Positions 50,219 to 60,592 of a stretch of 64,000 bases of DNA are shown here, in pieces. Under the pieces are notes generated by a model that made no database searches, was not told the origin of the DNA, and saw nothing but the letters and a program-made list of their open reading frames with translations. The translations under genes were made by a program, and so were the position numbers. Source of the DNA: Epithemia pelagica (Eukaryota > Protista > Bacillariophyta); assembly GCA_946965045.2 (NCBI GenBank), contig OX337229.1, positions 4,092,001-4,156,000 on the forward strand. The letters are read 5' to 3'. How positions within the stretch are numbered: position 1 is the first letter of the stretch; each line of letters starts with the position of its first letter.

Positions 50219-52708
50219 TTAACCAAGCCGAGCTTCCTTGCTGGATGTCGGGTTTGTTGTTGTCGTCCCTCCATGCGGGCGTGGATTCGATTTTCGGCCT
50301 TGCTTGAAGCGTCCATTCTGTTGTTGTAGTTGTTGTCGTGACGGCAAATGAAAGAATTCCACCTCCTGATGCAAGGCTTGAAAGGCTAGTTCGTCCGCAC
50401 GAGAAAAATTGCTGCTGCTCTTCAATGGTTGTGGTTGTTGTGACAGCGACGACCACAAGGAAGACCAGGTAGCGGCAGACGTGAAAGAGGATTTTGTACT
50501 GGTCGTCGTTGTCTTTTTCGGTTTGCCATCCTTGTCTTTGGGAACTTTGCAATAGGCGCCACCTCCAATCATGCGCGAAAAAAAGTAGGCTTGAGGTGGA
50601 TCTCGGGTATGGACCAAGTAATTGCATCCAAAGCCATCACCGTCATTTTGAAAGACGAGATTGGGATACCAGGCTTTTTGTTTCCACTTGTTGTTGAAAT
50701 CATCTTCGTACAACAGAAACACATTGTCGGGTACAATTCTCGTGCGCGGAATTCCTCGTCCTTCGTTTTGAGCAAAGAGGCCATCGTCGTTAAACTCGGA
50801 TGGTTCTTGTTGTTCTTCTTCGTTATGCAAATACAATTCCATCTCATTGTCGTTCTCGAACGAGTTTCCGTCCTTTTCCCACCATTCGGTTGGTCCCGAA
50901 GATTGTGGTTGACTTTGGTTGGTGGAAGGGGTGGAGGACACTTGTGGATGGGTCCACAAGGTGTCATTTTGATCATGGTAATAGTAATAGTCGTAAGCAG
51001 CCTTGAGGGAATAGCAACCAATCATACCTTCGTCTCCTCCTTCCAACATGTGACACACAGACGGTCGTGGCAAATCGTATTCCGGATCGTAATTGACCAT
51101 GACATCGGTATCATTCAACTGTTGATCGCATCCCCACATGGAGGCGGCTCGTTTCGTGCGTTCCCCGACCGTTTGTGTCTTGGCGGTGGTGGTGGTGGTT
51201 TGGGGGGACGAGTCGTCATGGTTCGTTTTCGTGTCCTTTTTTCGTTGGGAGGACGGTGGTGGCAAGACTTGGGGACGCGGCAAGAGTTGTTCCAACAATC
51301 GCGTGCGCAACCGATAATAGTGCAACATGATTTGTAAGGAATTGTAGACAATGACATTGCGAGGTTCGGCGGCCATGAAGGAATTGAAAAATCTCAAGTG
51401 AGTGGTCATGGGCGACGAAAAGGTAATCCGAGTCATATTCTTCGTGTTGTTGTTGTTGGAAGACGAAGAAAAGTCGAGCATGGAAATCATCTTCATATCG
51501 ACATCCATATAATAACCACCGGACAAGTACAAGGCAGCCGCCCGACAGAGGTCGCCCTTGAAATCTCCTCGTGTTTCATTTTGAAAATGGGGGACCAATT
51601 CCGGTTCCACCAGGGCAATGGCACCTTCACATTCGGTATTGTCCAAAAACCATACGCGAGGACGTGGAACTGCCGTGGTTGTGGTGGACGCATGGACGGT
51701 TTGGTTCCGCATGGATGGACCGTTGGATCCTTGTTGGTGCTGCTGCCATTGTTGGACGTAGAGTCGAATGTTGCGAACAATGTTGGATCGATATTGTTGC
51801 GCATGTTTGGGATTGGCGTGTTGTGGATGCAACAAGTTGGTTTGGTGCGTAAAAATCAAAATGCGAGGAATTTTGGAATTTTGCAAGGAGGAGTGATAAA
51901 ACCAGCGACGAAATGACAAGAGAGATTTGCGGTCCTTGTTCTTCTTTTTGTTCTTTTTCGGCTTCTTTTTGTTGATTTGGTGTTTGGAACTCTTGTCGTT
52001 GTTGTGGAAAGAAGAAGAAGAAGATGACGAATCCAGTTCCGACACGGACGCATTCATGGGAGAATGCGTCTCGAGATTGTAGGAGGGGAGGGGTGGTAAG
52101 GGATTGAGGCGAATGGATCCTGGTCGATACCATCCGACGGTTGGTTCGTACATGACCGCAACATCATCCGAGTACGCAACATCAAAGGAAGGGAAAAAGC
52201 CTCCTCCTTCTTCTCCGTCCTCCAACCACTGGCCGTCATCGTTGGATCGAGGTGGTGGTGGAGGTAACCCATAGGAATCGGGGTGCGCGTAATAGTGATA
52301 ATAGGAGTGGGGCGGGTCGTTCTGGTGTGTTGTTTCCTGTGGCTGTGGTTCTTGGAACTGGGGGTGAGTGGAACCGCGTGGCGGCGGTGGAGGTGGAGAG
52401 TTTGGAGAGACGGCATCCCGATTCCGGGGCGCAAAGGGTGGCGATGACATTTGGTGCCACGACAAGGCCATGGAATACAGTAACAAGAATGCGACACAGC
52501 CCCACGAGAACCAATCCGTCGTCGAAGACGAGGAGGAGGAGGACGTTGTTGTGGAGCTTGGGGCGATTGTGCCAGTACTCGACCGTCGACCAGTGACATG
52601 GTAGGTGGATGGTGTGGAATGAGGAAGCGTGCCATGACTGTTGCTGTGGTTTCCCCACATGGACGCAGCAGCACCTCCACCGACAGCAGTGGTGCGGCGA
52701 ACGACCAT
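50219..52708 (-). CDS. GT32-like DXD glycosyltransferase (paralog C) with long stem region
   Basis: TM WFSWGCVAFLLLYSMAL, IPRILIFTH, PRVWFLDNTEC, FKGDLCRAAALYLSGGYYMDVDM. Confidence 0.85.
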   Translation of the reverse strand: MVVRRTTAVGGGAAASMWGNHSNSHGTLPHSTPSTYHVTGRRSSTGTIAPSSTTTSSSSSSSTTDWFSWGCVAFLLLYSMALSWHQMSSPPFAPRNRDAVSPNSPPPPPPRGSTHPQFQEPQPQETTHQNDPPHSYYHYYAHPDSYGLPPPPPRSNDDGQWLEDGEEGGGFFPSFDVAYSDDVAVMYEPTVGWYRPGSIRLNPLPPLPSYNLETHSPMNASVSELDSSSSSSSFHNNDKSSKHQINKKKPKKNKKKNKDRKSLLSFRRWFYHSSLQNSKIPRILIFTHQTNLLHPQHANPKHAQQYRSNIVRNIRLYVQQWQQHQQGSNGPSMRNQTVHASTTTTAVPRPRVWFLDNTECEGAIALVEPELVPHFQNETRGDFKGDLCRAAALYLSGGYYMDVDMKMISMLDFSSSSNNNNTKNMTRITFSSPMTTHLRFFNSFMAAEPRNVIVYNSLQIMLHYYRLRTRLLEQLLPRPQVLPPPSSQRKKDTKTNHDDSSPQTTTTTAKTQTVGERTKRAASMWGCDQQLNDTDVMVNYDPEYDLPRPSVCHMLEGGDEGMIGCYSLKAAYDYYYYHDQNDTLWTHPQVSSTPSTNQSQPQSSGPTEWWEKDGNSFENDNEMELYLHNEEEQQEPSEFNDDGLFAQNEGRGIPRTRIVPDNVFLLYEDDFNNKWKQKAWYPNLVFQNDGDGFGCNYLVHTRDPPQAYFFSRMIGGGAYCKVPKDKDGKPKKTTTTSTKSSFTSAATWSSLWSSLSQQPQPLKSSSNFSRADELAFQALHQEVEFFHLPSRQQLQQQNGRFKQGRKSNPRPHGGTTTTNPTSSKEARLG

Positions 52709-53174
52709 GATGGCACACACAAACTGTTGTGGGAAAAAGACTCTCTGAGGTACGGAACCAATAGACGGATCGAGAATACCTCAAGTGGAGACGCAATCAG
52801 TGACAGAGATTCTCCGATCGAAACTTGTTGCTGTGGTTATGGTTTCGTGTTTGTAGAATGGCTCAGTGCTTCCCTTTTATTCTTGTGCTGGTGGTGGTGC
52901 TATAGGACCATGGCCATGGCCACAGTCTAAAGAAAAAAATAACGAGAAGACGAATAATAATTGCCACAAACGCAACGGGCAACCAGGCTGGCGTTGAGAT
53001 GTACACGACAAAGACTATCCCAACCAGAATCTTGAGACAGGCGTTCCAAGTGCGATGTGTCAAAGCGTGAGAGTCGCGTTATCGTGGTATCTTCCTGGGT
53101 GACCATGGCCGTTTTCCGTTTGACCCTAAATCGTCGTCTTTCGTGTCCTTCCGAGAGAATTTCGGGCATATCCA

Positions 53175-56100
53175 ATGAACCACACTAAACGGTCCACGCT
53201 TCTTTTTGGAAGACAACAACAACGACGACGGCTAGGACGACGAGCTATTTCTGTTCGAGGACAATTCTTCAGCAGCAGCACCAAAACCCCATTCTTCCAA
53301 CAACGACCACGACACCACATCCAGTCTTTGTCATCCCTTCCTGTTTCTTCTTTTTCGTCTTCTTCCTCTTCACTCCATGATTCATCACCATCACCGCCAA
53401 CCATTCACCCGTTTTGGGAACCCTATTTGCAATGGATGTGGCAAAAGGATCAAGTGTTGCATCAAGATTTTGCCTTGATTGGATCCTCCGCCATGGCACG
53501 CGATCGACGATGGTTGGTGGCCCTGTATACTCGTTTGTTTCGTCCCAACGAAACCTGGGAATATGTCGCCTTGACGGCGGATACGGCACCTTCGGATTTG
53601 AAACAACGCAAAGAATTGCGATTGGTCCACCACCATCATGATACAGATACTACGAGTGCAAGGACAATGAAGGAGAATGGCCAACCACTCGATTCACTAT
53701 TGTCATCTCCACCCACATCTGTCGTCTATGAACCGCAAGCACCGGTACGGGCAGCCCTGCATGGACGGTTATTGGTATTGGACGGATTGGAAAAGGCTGA
53801 ACGCAATGTTTTGCCCACACTCAACAATTTGTTGGAACACCGGGAGTTGTCCTTGGACGATGGCAGTCTCTTGCGCCTGACCACGGACATCAACAATCGT
53901 CCTACTACTACTGCTACTACCACCACGCGCGTTACATCCTCCTCCTCCACTGCCACATCGACCACTACCATTCATTCCGTCCATCCCAACTTTCGCGTCG
54001 TTGCCTTGGCCAGTGTCGATCTATCGTCGGGAGATGATGATGATGACGACAGCAACCACCACCACCACCACGAATCGTCGTCGTCATCCTCGTCTCTTGC
54101 CTTGGATCCTCCCTTGCGATCACGATTTCAAGCCTGTACCTTGCCTCGACAGTGCCAGGCGGGAGATATATGGCAGTCGGTACAGGAGAGCAGGCCAACG
54201 ACCACTGGTTCGGACACAGGATTCGTAGGACGACATGAAAGCCAAAATGAGTGGAAGGAGTGGGCCCAGTCGGCATCCATGCAAGGCTTGTCCTGGCAAG
54301 CCATTCAACAAGCAGCACAATATGCTCACAACGCATCCTCCTCTCCCCACAAGAACAAGAATCAACGCTGGAACTTGACCGTCACACCACAGGCCGCCTT
54401 GCTGCCCTTCACTCCCGCCATGATTGATACGACACATGTGCAACTTCTCGCCAGCACCCAGGACGACAACCACCCAACCGACGTGGCAAATTTGGCAGTG
54501 CTACCCGACAAAGAGGACGATCCGAGCGGTCGTAGTGTCTTTGTGGAAACGACCACGACACGTACTTTGGAGGCCATGATGGCCACGGCACTCGGATCCT
54601 CGGACCATGGTGCGGTAGCCTTGGTGGGACCTCCGGGATGTTACAAATCCGCCTTGGTGCGACACTATTGTCAATCTCGTGCGACGAGGAGGAATTCTGT
54701 CTTTTTCATGTCCTTGTATGCCGATTTGACATGCCGCGATTTGTGGCAAACCCGTGGTACTCGACCACAGGATGGCACTACCATCTGGCGACCCACACCC
54801 TTGACACAAGCCGTGTTGCAGGCCGCCCGATCCAATGACAATAACAGCGAAAAGGACGACAATGTGACGTACATTATTTTGGATGGGTTGCACAAACTAT
54901 CCACAGACACGCTCACCTCCTTGGCCATGTGTTTGGAACAAGGCCGTGTCGATTTGCCTCACCCACCGTCCTCCCACGGTGCAACCGCAGGCTCGATTCA
55001 GATTTCTCCTGGACGATTGCAATGCATTGCCTTGGCTCAACCACCCGATTCGGCCAGTCAAATGGGTTGGATCACACCCGAAGTACGAGGCATGTTTCAT
55101 TGGATTCGAGTCCATCCCTTGCCACAAAAGGAATTCAAGCAAGTTTTGACCTCCTTGTATCCGACATTGACCGACAAGGACAGCAAGTCGTCCAACTCCT
55201 CGACGGAACCGACAGAGAGTGTATTGTTGGATCGTATCTTGGCTCTACGACAATCCTTGGACCGGGCCAGATCCAGTGGTGCGGCCGATTCCAAACACGA
55301 ACAACAAGGATTGGCCTTGTCCTTGCGTCAAATCAAACACATTTGCCAACGACTCGTGGCACGGCAGGAACGACTGCCACCCGAGGATTCCAATACAACG
55401 ACACTCTTGCAAGGCTTGTCGCACTTGGTGGAAACAACTCTCCTGACCAGTCTCATGCCTGACCGCGAACGCAAGATTGTTCATGCCTGTATGACGGAAA
55501 GTGGCATTCCTGTTTCCACCACCACCAGTACCCGAACGTTGGGAGGAGACAGGTGGAACCAGAACCAAAGTTGGACGCGGGAACTGGATCCGAATCTGGT
55601 AGCAGCGTGTCGTCGTTCTACACCCCAAGACCCGTTGTTGGTACCCAACCCGGATTTTGAGACCAACCCCGGACATTTGCAGGTCCTCAATGACATGTTG
55701 GAGGCACATGCCGTGGGAGAACGGGCCCTGTTGATCATGGGTTATCAAGGTGTAGGAAAGAATCGCATTGTCGACTATTTGTTACATCAACTGCAATGCG
55801 AACGAGAATACTTGCAATTGCACCGCGATACCACGGTCCCTTCACTCTTGTCGTTGCAATCCGTTGAAAGGGGTCATGTTGTCCATGGTGACGCACCATT
55901 GGTCCGAGCCGCCAAATATGGACGTGTGCTTGTCTTGGATGAAGCCGATAAGGCTCCAGTCGAGGTAGTTGCCATGTTGAAAGGATTGCTCGAAGATGGT
56001 GAATTGACCTTGCCGGATGGTCGCATCTTGCGTTATGAAGCCGATAGCCCAATTCCAAATGGCAATGAAACTGAGAACGAGGAGCAAGCAGACGGAACCA

Positions 56101-57686
56101 GCCAGGTGATTCCCATTCATCCCGATTTTCGTGTCTGGGCCTTGGCAAATCCAGCGGGGTATCCCTTTCATGGCAATGATTTGGCTCGCGAAATGGCCGA
56201 TGTCTTTGCCTGTTTCTATGTCCCTCCTCTAGATGCCGAAAGTCAAGGACGCATCTTGAAGCATCATGGTCCACAGGTACCGGATCATATTATTGATAGC
56301 CTCATTGACATTTGGCAAGACTTGAGGGAAGCACACGAAAAGGGCGCTCTGGCCTATCCCTTTTCGGTACGAGAAGCCGTAGCCGTCGTGAAGCACTATA
56401 ATGAGTTTCCAGAAGATGGAATGGAGGCCGCACTGGATAATGTCATCGCCTTTGATCGATTTGACAGAGTGGTAATGAAACAGCTTGGGACCATCTTTTC
56501 CCGTCACGGCATTTCCCTGTCAGTGGAATCTCCCGTCCACACCATTGCCCGCAAGGAAGCTTTTCCCGGTTTAGGTGGACCTTCGACTCCGAAAACGCAA
56601 GCGTCGAGTCCCAAACACGGAAAGATTGACGAAAACAACGATCCTCATGTAGGTGGGAATACTTGGGCAGGCGGATCCGGTGGATCAGATACGGCTGGTT
56701 TGGGTGGACGGGGTGGTCCCTATCGTTTGGATTCTGGACATGCCGTTCATCAAGTATCGGACGACGAAAAGGCCAAAGTGACAGAAGACGCGAAGGAAAA
56801 AGCGCGACAAATGGCCCAGGAGGCGTTGCAAAAAAAGCTAAAGGAACTTGGCATGGATGAGTTGGACTGGAAAAGATACCATCATTTGAAGGAACATGTT
56901 GCCGTTCCAATCCAACAATTGCAAGTGTTGTTAAAGGATATCCAGAGACGCAAACAGGAACGCGTGTGGTTGAAACGACAGTCGTCTGGGGAACTGGACG
57001 ATTCGAGGTTGGTCGATGCCCTGGCGGGGGAGCGGGATGTCTTTAAGCGTCGTGGCAAACGTGACGAATTGAGTCATTTCGCCAACCGATCATCTCAGGA
57101 AGAACCTGTCGTCTTAGCAATCAAACTCGTGGTAGATGTTTCGGCGTCCATGTATCGTTTCAATGGTTACGATGGTCGATTGGAGCGTTTACTGGAGGCT
57201 TGTTTAATGATTATGGAAGCGTTAAAAGATGATGACCGATTTGAGCTCACAATTGTCGGTCATAATGGAGACTATGCCGAAATTCCACTCGTGACACCCA
57301 ACAAGAAACATTCGAACAAAGACTATCACGACCCCAAAACTCAGCTCCGAATATTGGAAACCATGATAGCTCACACACAATATACCTTTGCCGGCGACCA
57401 CACGTTGGAGGCATTGGATTTGGCCGTGAACCAAGCCAACAAGGGAGATTTGGTGTTGGTCATCTCAGATGCCAATTTAGAACGATACCGTATTGAACCG
57501 AGTGAAGTGAGTGACATTTTACGTTCCAGAAAAGATGTACATACCCATTTGATCCTGATTGGATCCTTGGGAGAAGAAGCAAATCGGCTGGCCCAAAACA
57601 TTCCCAATGAAAGAGCTCAAGTTTGTCTCGACACTGCCAACCTGCCACTGATACTCAAGAATCTTGTGGCATCTGCAGTCCAGTGA
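53175..57686 (+). CDS. VWA8: VWA8-like AAA_5/MoxR-type ATPase with C-terminal vWA domain; mitochondrial-type presequence
   Basis: EYVALTADT..SDLKQRKEL, GRLLVLDGLEKAERNVLPTLNNLLE, GYQGVGKN, LDEADKAP, PHVGGNTWAGGSGGSDTAGLGGRGGPYRLD, VDVSASMYRFNGYDGRLER; R/S-rich N-terminus. Confidence 0.93.
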   Translation: MNHTKRSTLLFGRQQQRRRLGRRAISVRGQFFSSSTKTPFFQQRPRHHIQSLSSLPVSSFSSSSSSLHDSSPSPPTIHPFWEPYLQWMWQKDQVLHQDFALIGSSAMARDRRWLVALYTRLFRPNETWEYVALTADTAPSDLKQRKELRLVHHHHDTDTTSARTMKENGQPLDSLLSSPPTSVVYEPQAPVRAALHGRLLVLDGLEKAERNVLPTLNNLLEHRELSLDDGSLLRLTTDINNRPTTTATTTTRVTSSSSTATSTTTIHSVHPNFRVVALASVDLSSGDDDDDDSNHHHHHESSSSSSSLALDPPLRSRFQACTLPRQCQAGDIWQSVQESRPTTTGSDTGFVGRHESQNEWKEWAQSASMQGLSWQAIQQAAQYAHNASSSPHKNKNQRWNLTVTPQAALLPFTPAMIDTTHVQLLASTQDDNHPTDVANLAVLPDKEDDPSGRSVFVETTTTRTLEAMMATALGSSDHGAVALVGPPGCYKSALVRHYCQSRATRRNSVFFMSLYADLTCRDLWQTRGTRPQDGTTIWRPTPLTQAVLQAARSNDNNSEKDDNVTYIILDGLHKLSTDTLTSLAMCLEQGRVDLPHPPSSHGATAGSIQISPGRLQCIALAQPPDSASQMGWITPEVRGMFHWIRVHPLPQKEFKQVLTSLYPTLTDKDSKSSNSSTEPTESVLLDRILALRQSLDRARSSGAADSKHEQQGLALSLRQIKHICQRLVARQERLPPEDSNTTTLLQGLSHLVETTLLTSLMPDRERKIVHACMTESGIPVSTTTSTRTLGGDRWNQNQSWTRELDPNLVAACRRSTPQDPLLVPNPDFETNPGHLQVLNDMLEAHAVGERALLIMGYQGVGKNRIVDYLLHQLQCEREYLQLHRDTTVPSLLSLQSVERGHVVHGDAPLVRAAKYGRVLVLDEADKAPVEVVAMLKGLLEDGELTLPDGRILRYEADSPIPNGNETENEEQADGTSQVIPIHPDFRVWALANPAGYPFHGNDLAREMADVFACFYVPPLDAESQGRILKHHGPQVPDHIIDSLIDIWQDLREAHEKGALAYPFSVREAVAVVKHYNEFPEDGMEAALDNVIAFDRFDRVVMKQLGTIFSRHGISLSVESPVHTIARKEAFPGLGGPSTPKTQASSPKHGKIDENNDPHVGGNTWAGGSGGSDTAGLGGRGGPYRLDSGHAVHQVSDDEKAKVTEDAKEKARQMAQEALQKKLKELGMDELDWKRYHHLKEHVAVPIQQLQVLLKDIQRRKQERVWLKRQSSGELDDSRLVDALAGERDVFKRRGKRDELSHFANRSSQEEPVVLAIKLVVDVSASMYRFNGYDGRLERLLEACLMIMEALKDDDRFELTIVGHNGDYAEIPLVTPNKKHSNKDYHDPKTQLRILETMIAHTQYTFAGDHTLEALDLAVNQANKGDLVLVISDANLERYRIEPSEVSDILRSRKDVHTHLILIGSLGEEANRLAQNIPNERAQVCLDTANLPLILKNLVASAVQ

Positions 57687-58246
57687 TAGGTTCTTGATCT
57701 TTGCCACTAGAACTTACAGTCAATTCCTATGTTAAAAGACCGTGGAGCTATCTGCACATAACCCAGCGAAAAGTCATAACCGAAACATTGTCCTATTAGT
57801 ATGGAGTATGGAGTATGCGCAAAGTAATTTCTGTGGAGAGTTCAATGTTTTTGTACCGTACTGTCGTTGCTGGTATGGATCCGAAAACTTCCATCTAAAT
57901 GTATGCAAGTGCACCATGGAACAGGAGGTTCCGTAAGTCCCTTGGGATCGCATACACCCAAGGGAAAGTAGGTAATAATAAAAAGGCAAGTTACTGTATA
58001 TTTTTCCATGGAGTTCTAGAACCATACAAATAACAACCAGTACTGAAACAATAACAATCTTTCCTCCCAGTCTGTAGAGATGGTCCAGCACCCTCGTTAC
58101 AGTGCAGTACGCTGCGTCCCCCGACCCGACGACTCATGGAATATGGAGAATTACACCCATTTTAAGCACCCAAATCTTGATACGAGTCTTGTTGGTCGAC
58201 AACAACGTCAGACGTTCATCAAGAGGTCATCTATTGTTGATTCGGT

Positions 58247-60592
58247 TTAGACCAGGTCCTGTCTCGATTTGGCTCTGGGTGGGATCATGATAATTTCTTC
58301 CCCTCCAGCATTGGCACTCGAAAAGACGAAGCCAGGATTCGCACTGGATGGACTTGAAGCAGGTCCCAATGGACGAATGCTATTACTTTGACTTCGACGA
58401 TGATGATGAGAGGAGGGTGGCTGTGACGGTGAAGCTTGTTGTCCTTGTGTCGAATTGTCGACGGCAAAACTCTTGTTGGATTTGTGACGAGTCGACGATA
58501 ACTTGGTCGTCATGGCTTGAGATCCTTCTTCCATCCCAACAATCGTCGTGAAAAAGTCATCTCGACGGCCTTGGGGTAACACACTAGTGCTGTTGTTGTT
58601 GTTCGATTGAGACGATGCCGAAGCGGGGGACGTGACCATGGGTCGTATTGCGGGATCCGTCGAGGAGGGTGAGAGGGGTGCCGATGCCGAGGATACATTC
58701 AAGGGCGATCCAACAGAAGAGGAGGAGGGGGACTGTCGGGGACGACTACTGGGACTGCCCATACTGTCTATACTCGTATTGGGAGAAGCGGATGGCGAGG
58801 AAGAATGGGCACTACCACTCGTAGGGCTGCTGCGATGGGATCGTCGAGACGAAGACCGACTGGTATTCTTGGCAGACGACGGCGATGCACTTTGCATGGC
58901 TGGTGTACTACTGGTACTGTTGGAGGCCGACGAAGCCATGCTTTGATTGCCATCTTCCATTCGTCTTCGACGTCGTTCTTGGGAGGCCGAGAAAAAAGAT
59001 GGTTGCAAGACAGAATCATTTCGAATGGAATCTTCAGTCATGGGCATTCGTCCACTCCATGCCGAGGTTAACATGTCTTTGCGCAAATTCACGGGTCGAT
59101 CGTATTCAAAGGATTCTGGAGACGACAAGACAATCGGGGCCTCAAACCCTGTATTACTGGCAGCTCCACCTTGGCCCACTCCCGCGGCACCAGCACCATT
59201 AGACTGTTGAGAAGCCGCCAAGGGCAAAATGGGCCAATTGGATGGATCCACAGTACTGCTACTTGCGGAACTGGCACTTTGAAACAACTGATCTGCGCTG
59301 TTGCTGGGAAAGGGCGGATACTGCGGATTCGATGGAATGCTTTTCAAGGCCATGGAATCACCAGCTTCTGTGGCCACCGTGAAAGACGATTCACTGCAAT
59401 CGGCGTAGGACCGATTGTCACTCCCATTGTCGGAATGACGGTATTGATGATGGGAGGATCCACCACTGCTGCTGGTGCTGTGCTTGTGAGGACGTCCCGA
59501 CGTACTTTTGCTGTGACCGCCTTGGACAGCCATGGTGGCGGCCAAAACGGGCGACATACCAAAGGATTGTTCTTCAAAATCGGGCGAGTCGTCACTACTA
59601 CTACTGCTGCCGCTACTGAGGCGAGAGGGTCTCGAGGACAAATCGGCACTGCGTCCAATCCGTCCTCGTTTTCGGCGGCGTCCTTCTTCTTCTTGATCCG
59701 GATCATCCAAATAGGGATACAACTCCGCGTCCTTGCGGTTGCTGCGTCGCGCCCGGACCACGAGCAAGGCGGTCAAGGAGACGAGCGACACGGCGGCCGC
59801 TGTGATGCTGCAAAAGACAATAATTTTGGCCCGATCCTCCTCGTCGGCCTGGAGTTCCCCTGGAGTGGTAGGGCCCACTAATTCATTGGGATCATCACTT
59901 TGAAAGGAACTGGCCGTCGGAGCTACCGAGGGGGAATTTGTGGTTTGTAGTATGCTGGAGGAGGGATCCACCACTGCACGACTCTCGCTGGTGGCCATGG
60001 AACTGGGGATAGCAAAGTGATTGCCAATGGCATCCATGGCCCATTCGGTCAAGCTTTGTCTGTCTGGTGCATTCCCAGGTGGAGGATCGTTAAAAACGGC
60101 CAAAGCCGATTGAATGGTAATGTTCAAGGCGCATCCCGTAAAATTCAACATGGCGTTGCTATAGTCGATTGGGACCATGGTCGAGCTAACAACCAACACA
60201 TAATCAAACTCTAACTCATCGGCACTGGCAATCGCGCTAACTTGAACAAGAAATTCACTCGACCAGGCTCCTTGCAAGGCTAAGACAATCTCATCCTCTT
60301 GTGTAGTAGTGACCGAGCCGCAATAGGGAAAAAGCAAGATCGAAAAGGGATGGACGAACACGCGTTGTCGATCGCCTCCCTGGATCACATTGGTTCGTCT
60401 TTCTCGCGTTCTGTGAGTCTGTTCTTTTAGTCTTTGTTGCATGGTTTGACGCATGGCATGTCTCTCCCCTGATGCCATTGCCATTACCACAGGACATATC
60501 ATCCAAAGGAACCACAACAAGCCCATTACGCCCCTCCCTTGCGCCAGCACTGAAGCACAGTGCCGCGATTGCGGCCGTGTCGTCCAGGTCAT
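58247..60592 (-). CDS. Type I membrane protein with long Ser-rich cytoplasmic tail (start may be ATG at 60526)
   Basis: Signal-like MGLLWFLWMICPVVMAMAS, TM IIVFCSITAAAVSLVSLTALLVV followed by RARR; no family recognised. Confidence 0.6.
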   Translation of the reverse strand: MTWTTRPQSRHCASVLAQGRGVMGLLWFLWMICPVVMAMASGERHAMRQTMQQRLKEQTHRTRERRTNVIQGGDRQRVFVHPFSILLFPYCGSVTTTQEDEIVLALQGAWSSEFLVQVSAIASADELEFDYVLVVSSTMVPIDYSNAMLNFTGCALNITIQSALAVFNDPPPGNAPDRQSLTEWAMDAIGNHFAIPSSMATSESRAVVDPSSSILQTTNSPSVAPTASSFQSDDPNELVGPTTPGELQADEEDRAKIIVFCSITAAAVSLVSLTALLVVRARRSNRKDAELYPYLDDPDQEEEGRRRKRGRIGRSADLSSRPSRLSSGSSSSSDDSPDFEEQSFGMSPVLAATMAVQGGHSKSTSGRPHKHSTSSSGGSSHHQYRHSDNGSDNRSYADCSESSFTVATEAGDSMALKSIPSNPQYPPFPSNSADQLFQSASSASSSTVDPSNWPILPLAASQQSNGAGAAGVGQGGAASNTGFEAPIVLSSPESFEYDRPVNLRKDMLTSAWSGRMPMTEDSIRNDSVLQPSFFSASQERRRRRMEDGNQSMASSASNSTSSTPAMQSASPSSAKNTSRSSSRRSHRSSPTSGSAHSSSPSASPNTSIDSMGSPSSRPRQSPSSSSVGSPLNVSSASAPLSPSSTDPAIRPMVTSPASASSQSNNNNSTSVLPQGRRDDFFTTIVGMEEGSQAMTTKLSSTRHKSNKSFAVDNSTQGQQASPSQPPSSHHHRRSQSNSIRPLGPASSPSSANPGFVFSSANAGGEEIIMIPPRAKSRQDLV

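Noticed and set aside
52863-53175. Small hydrophobic minus-strand ORFs between GT32-C and VWA8
   Set aside because: GT32-C already has its own TM and start; these lie in the divergent promoter region and lack homology cues.
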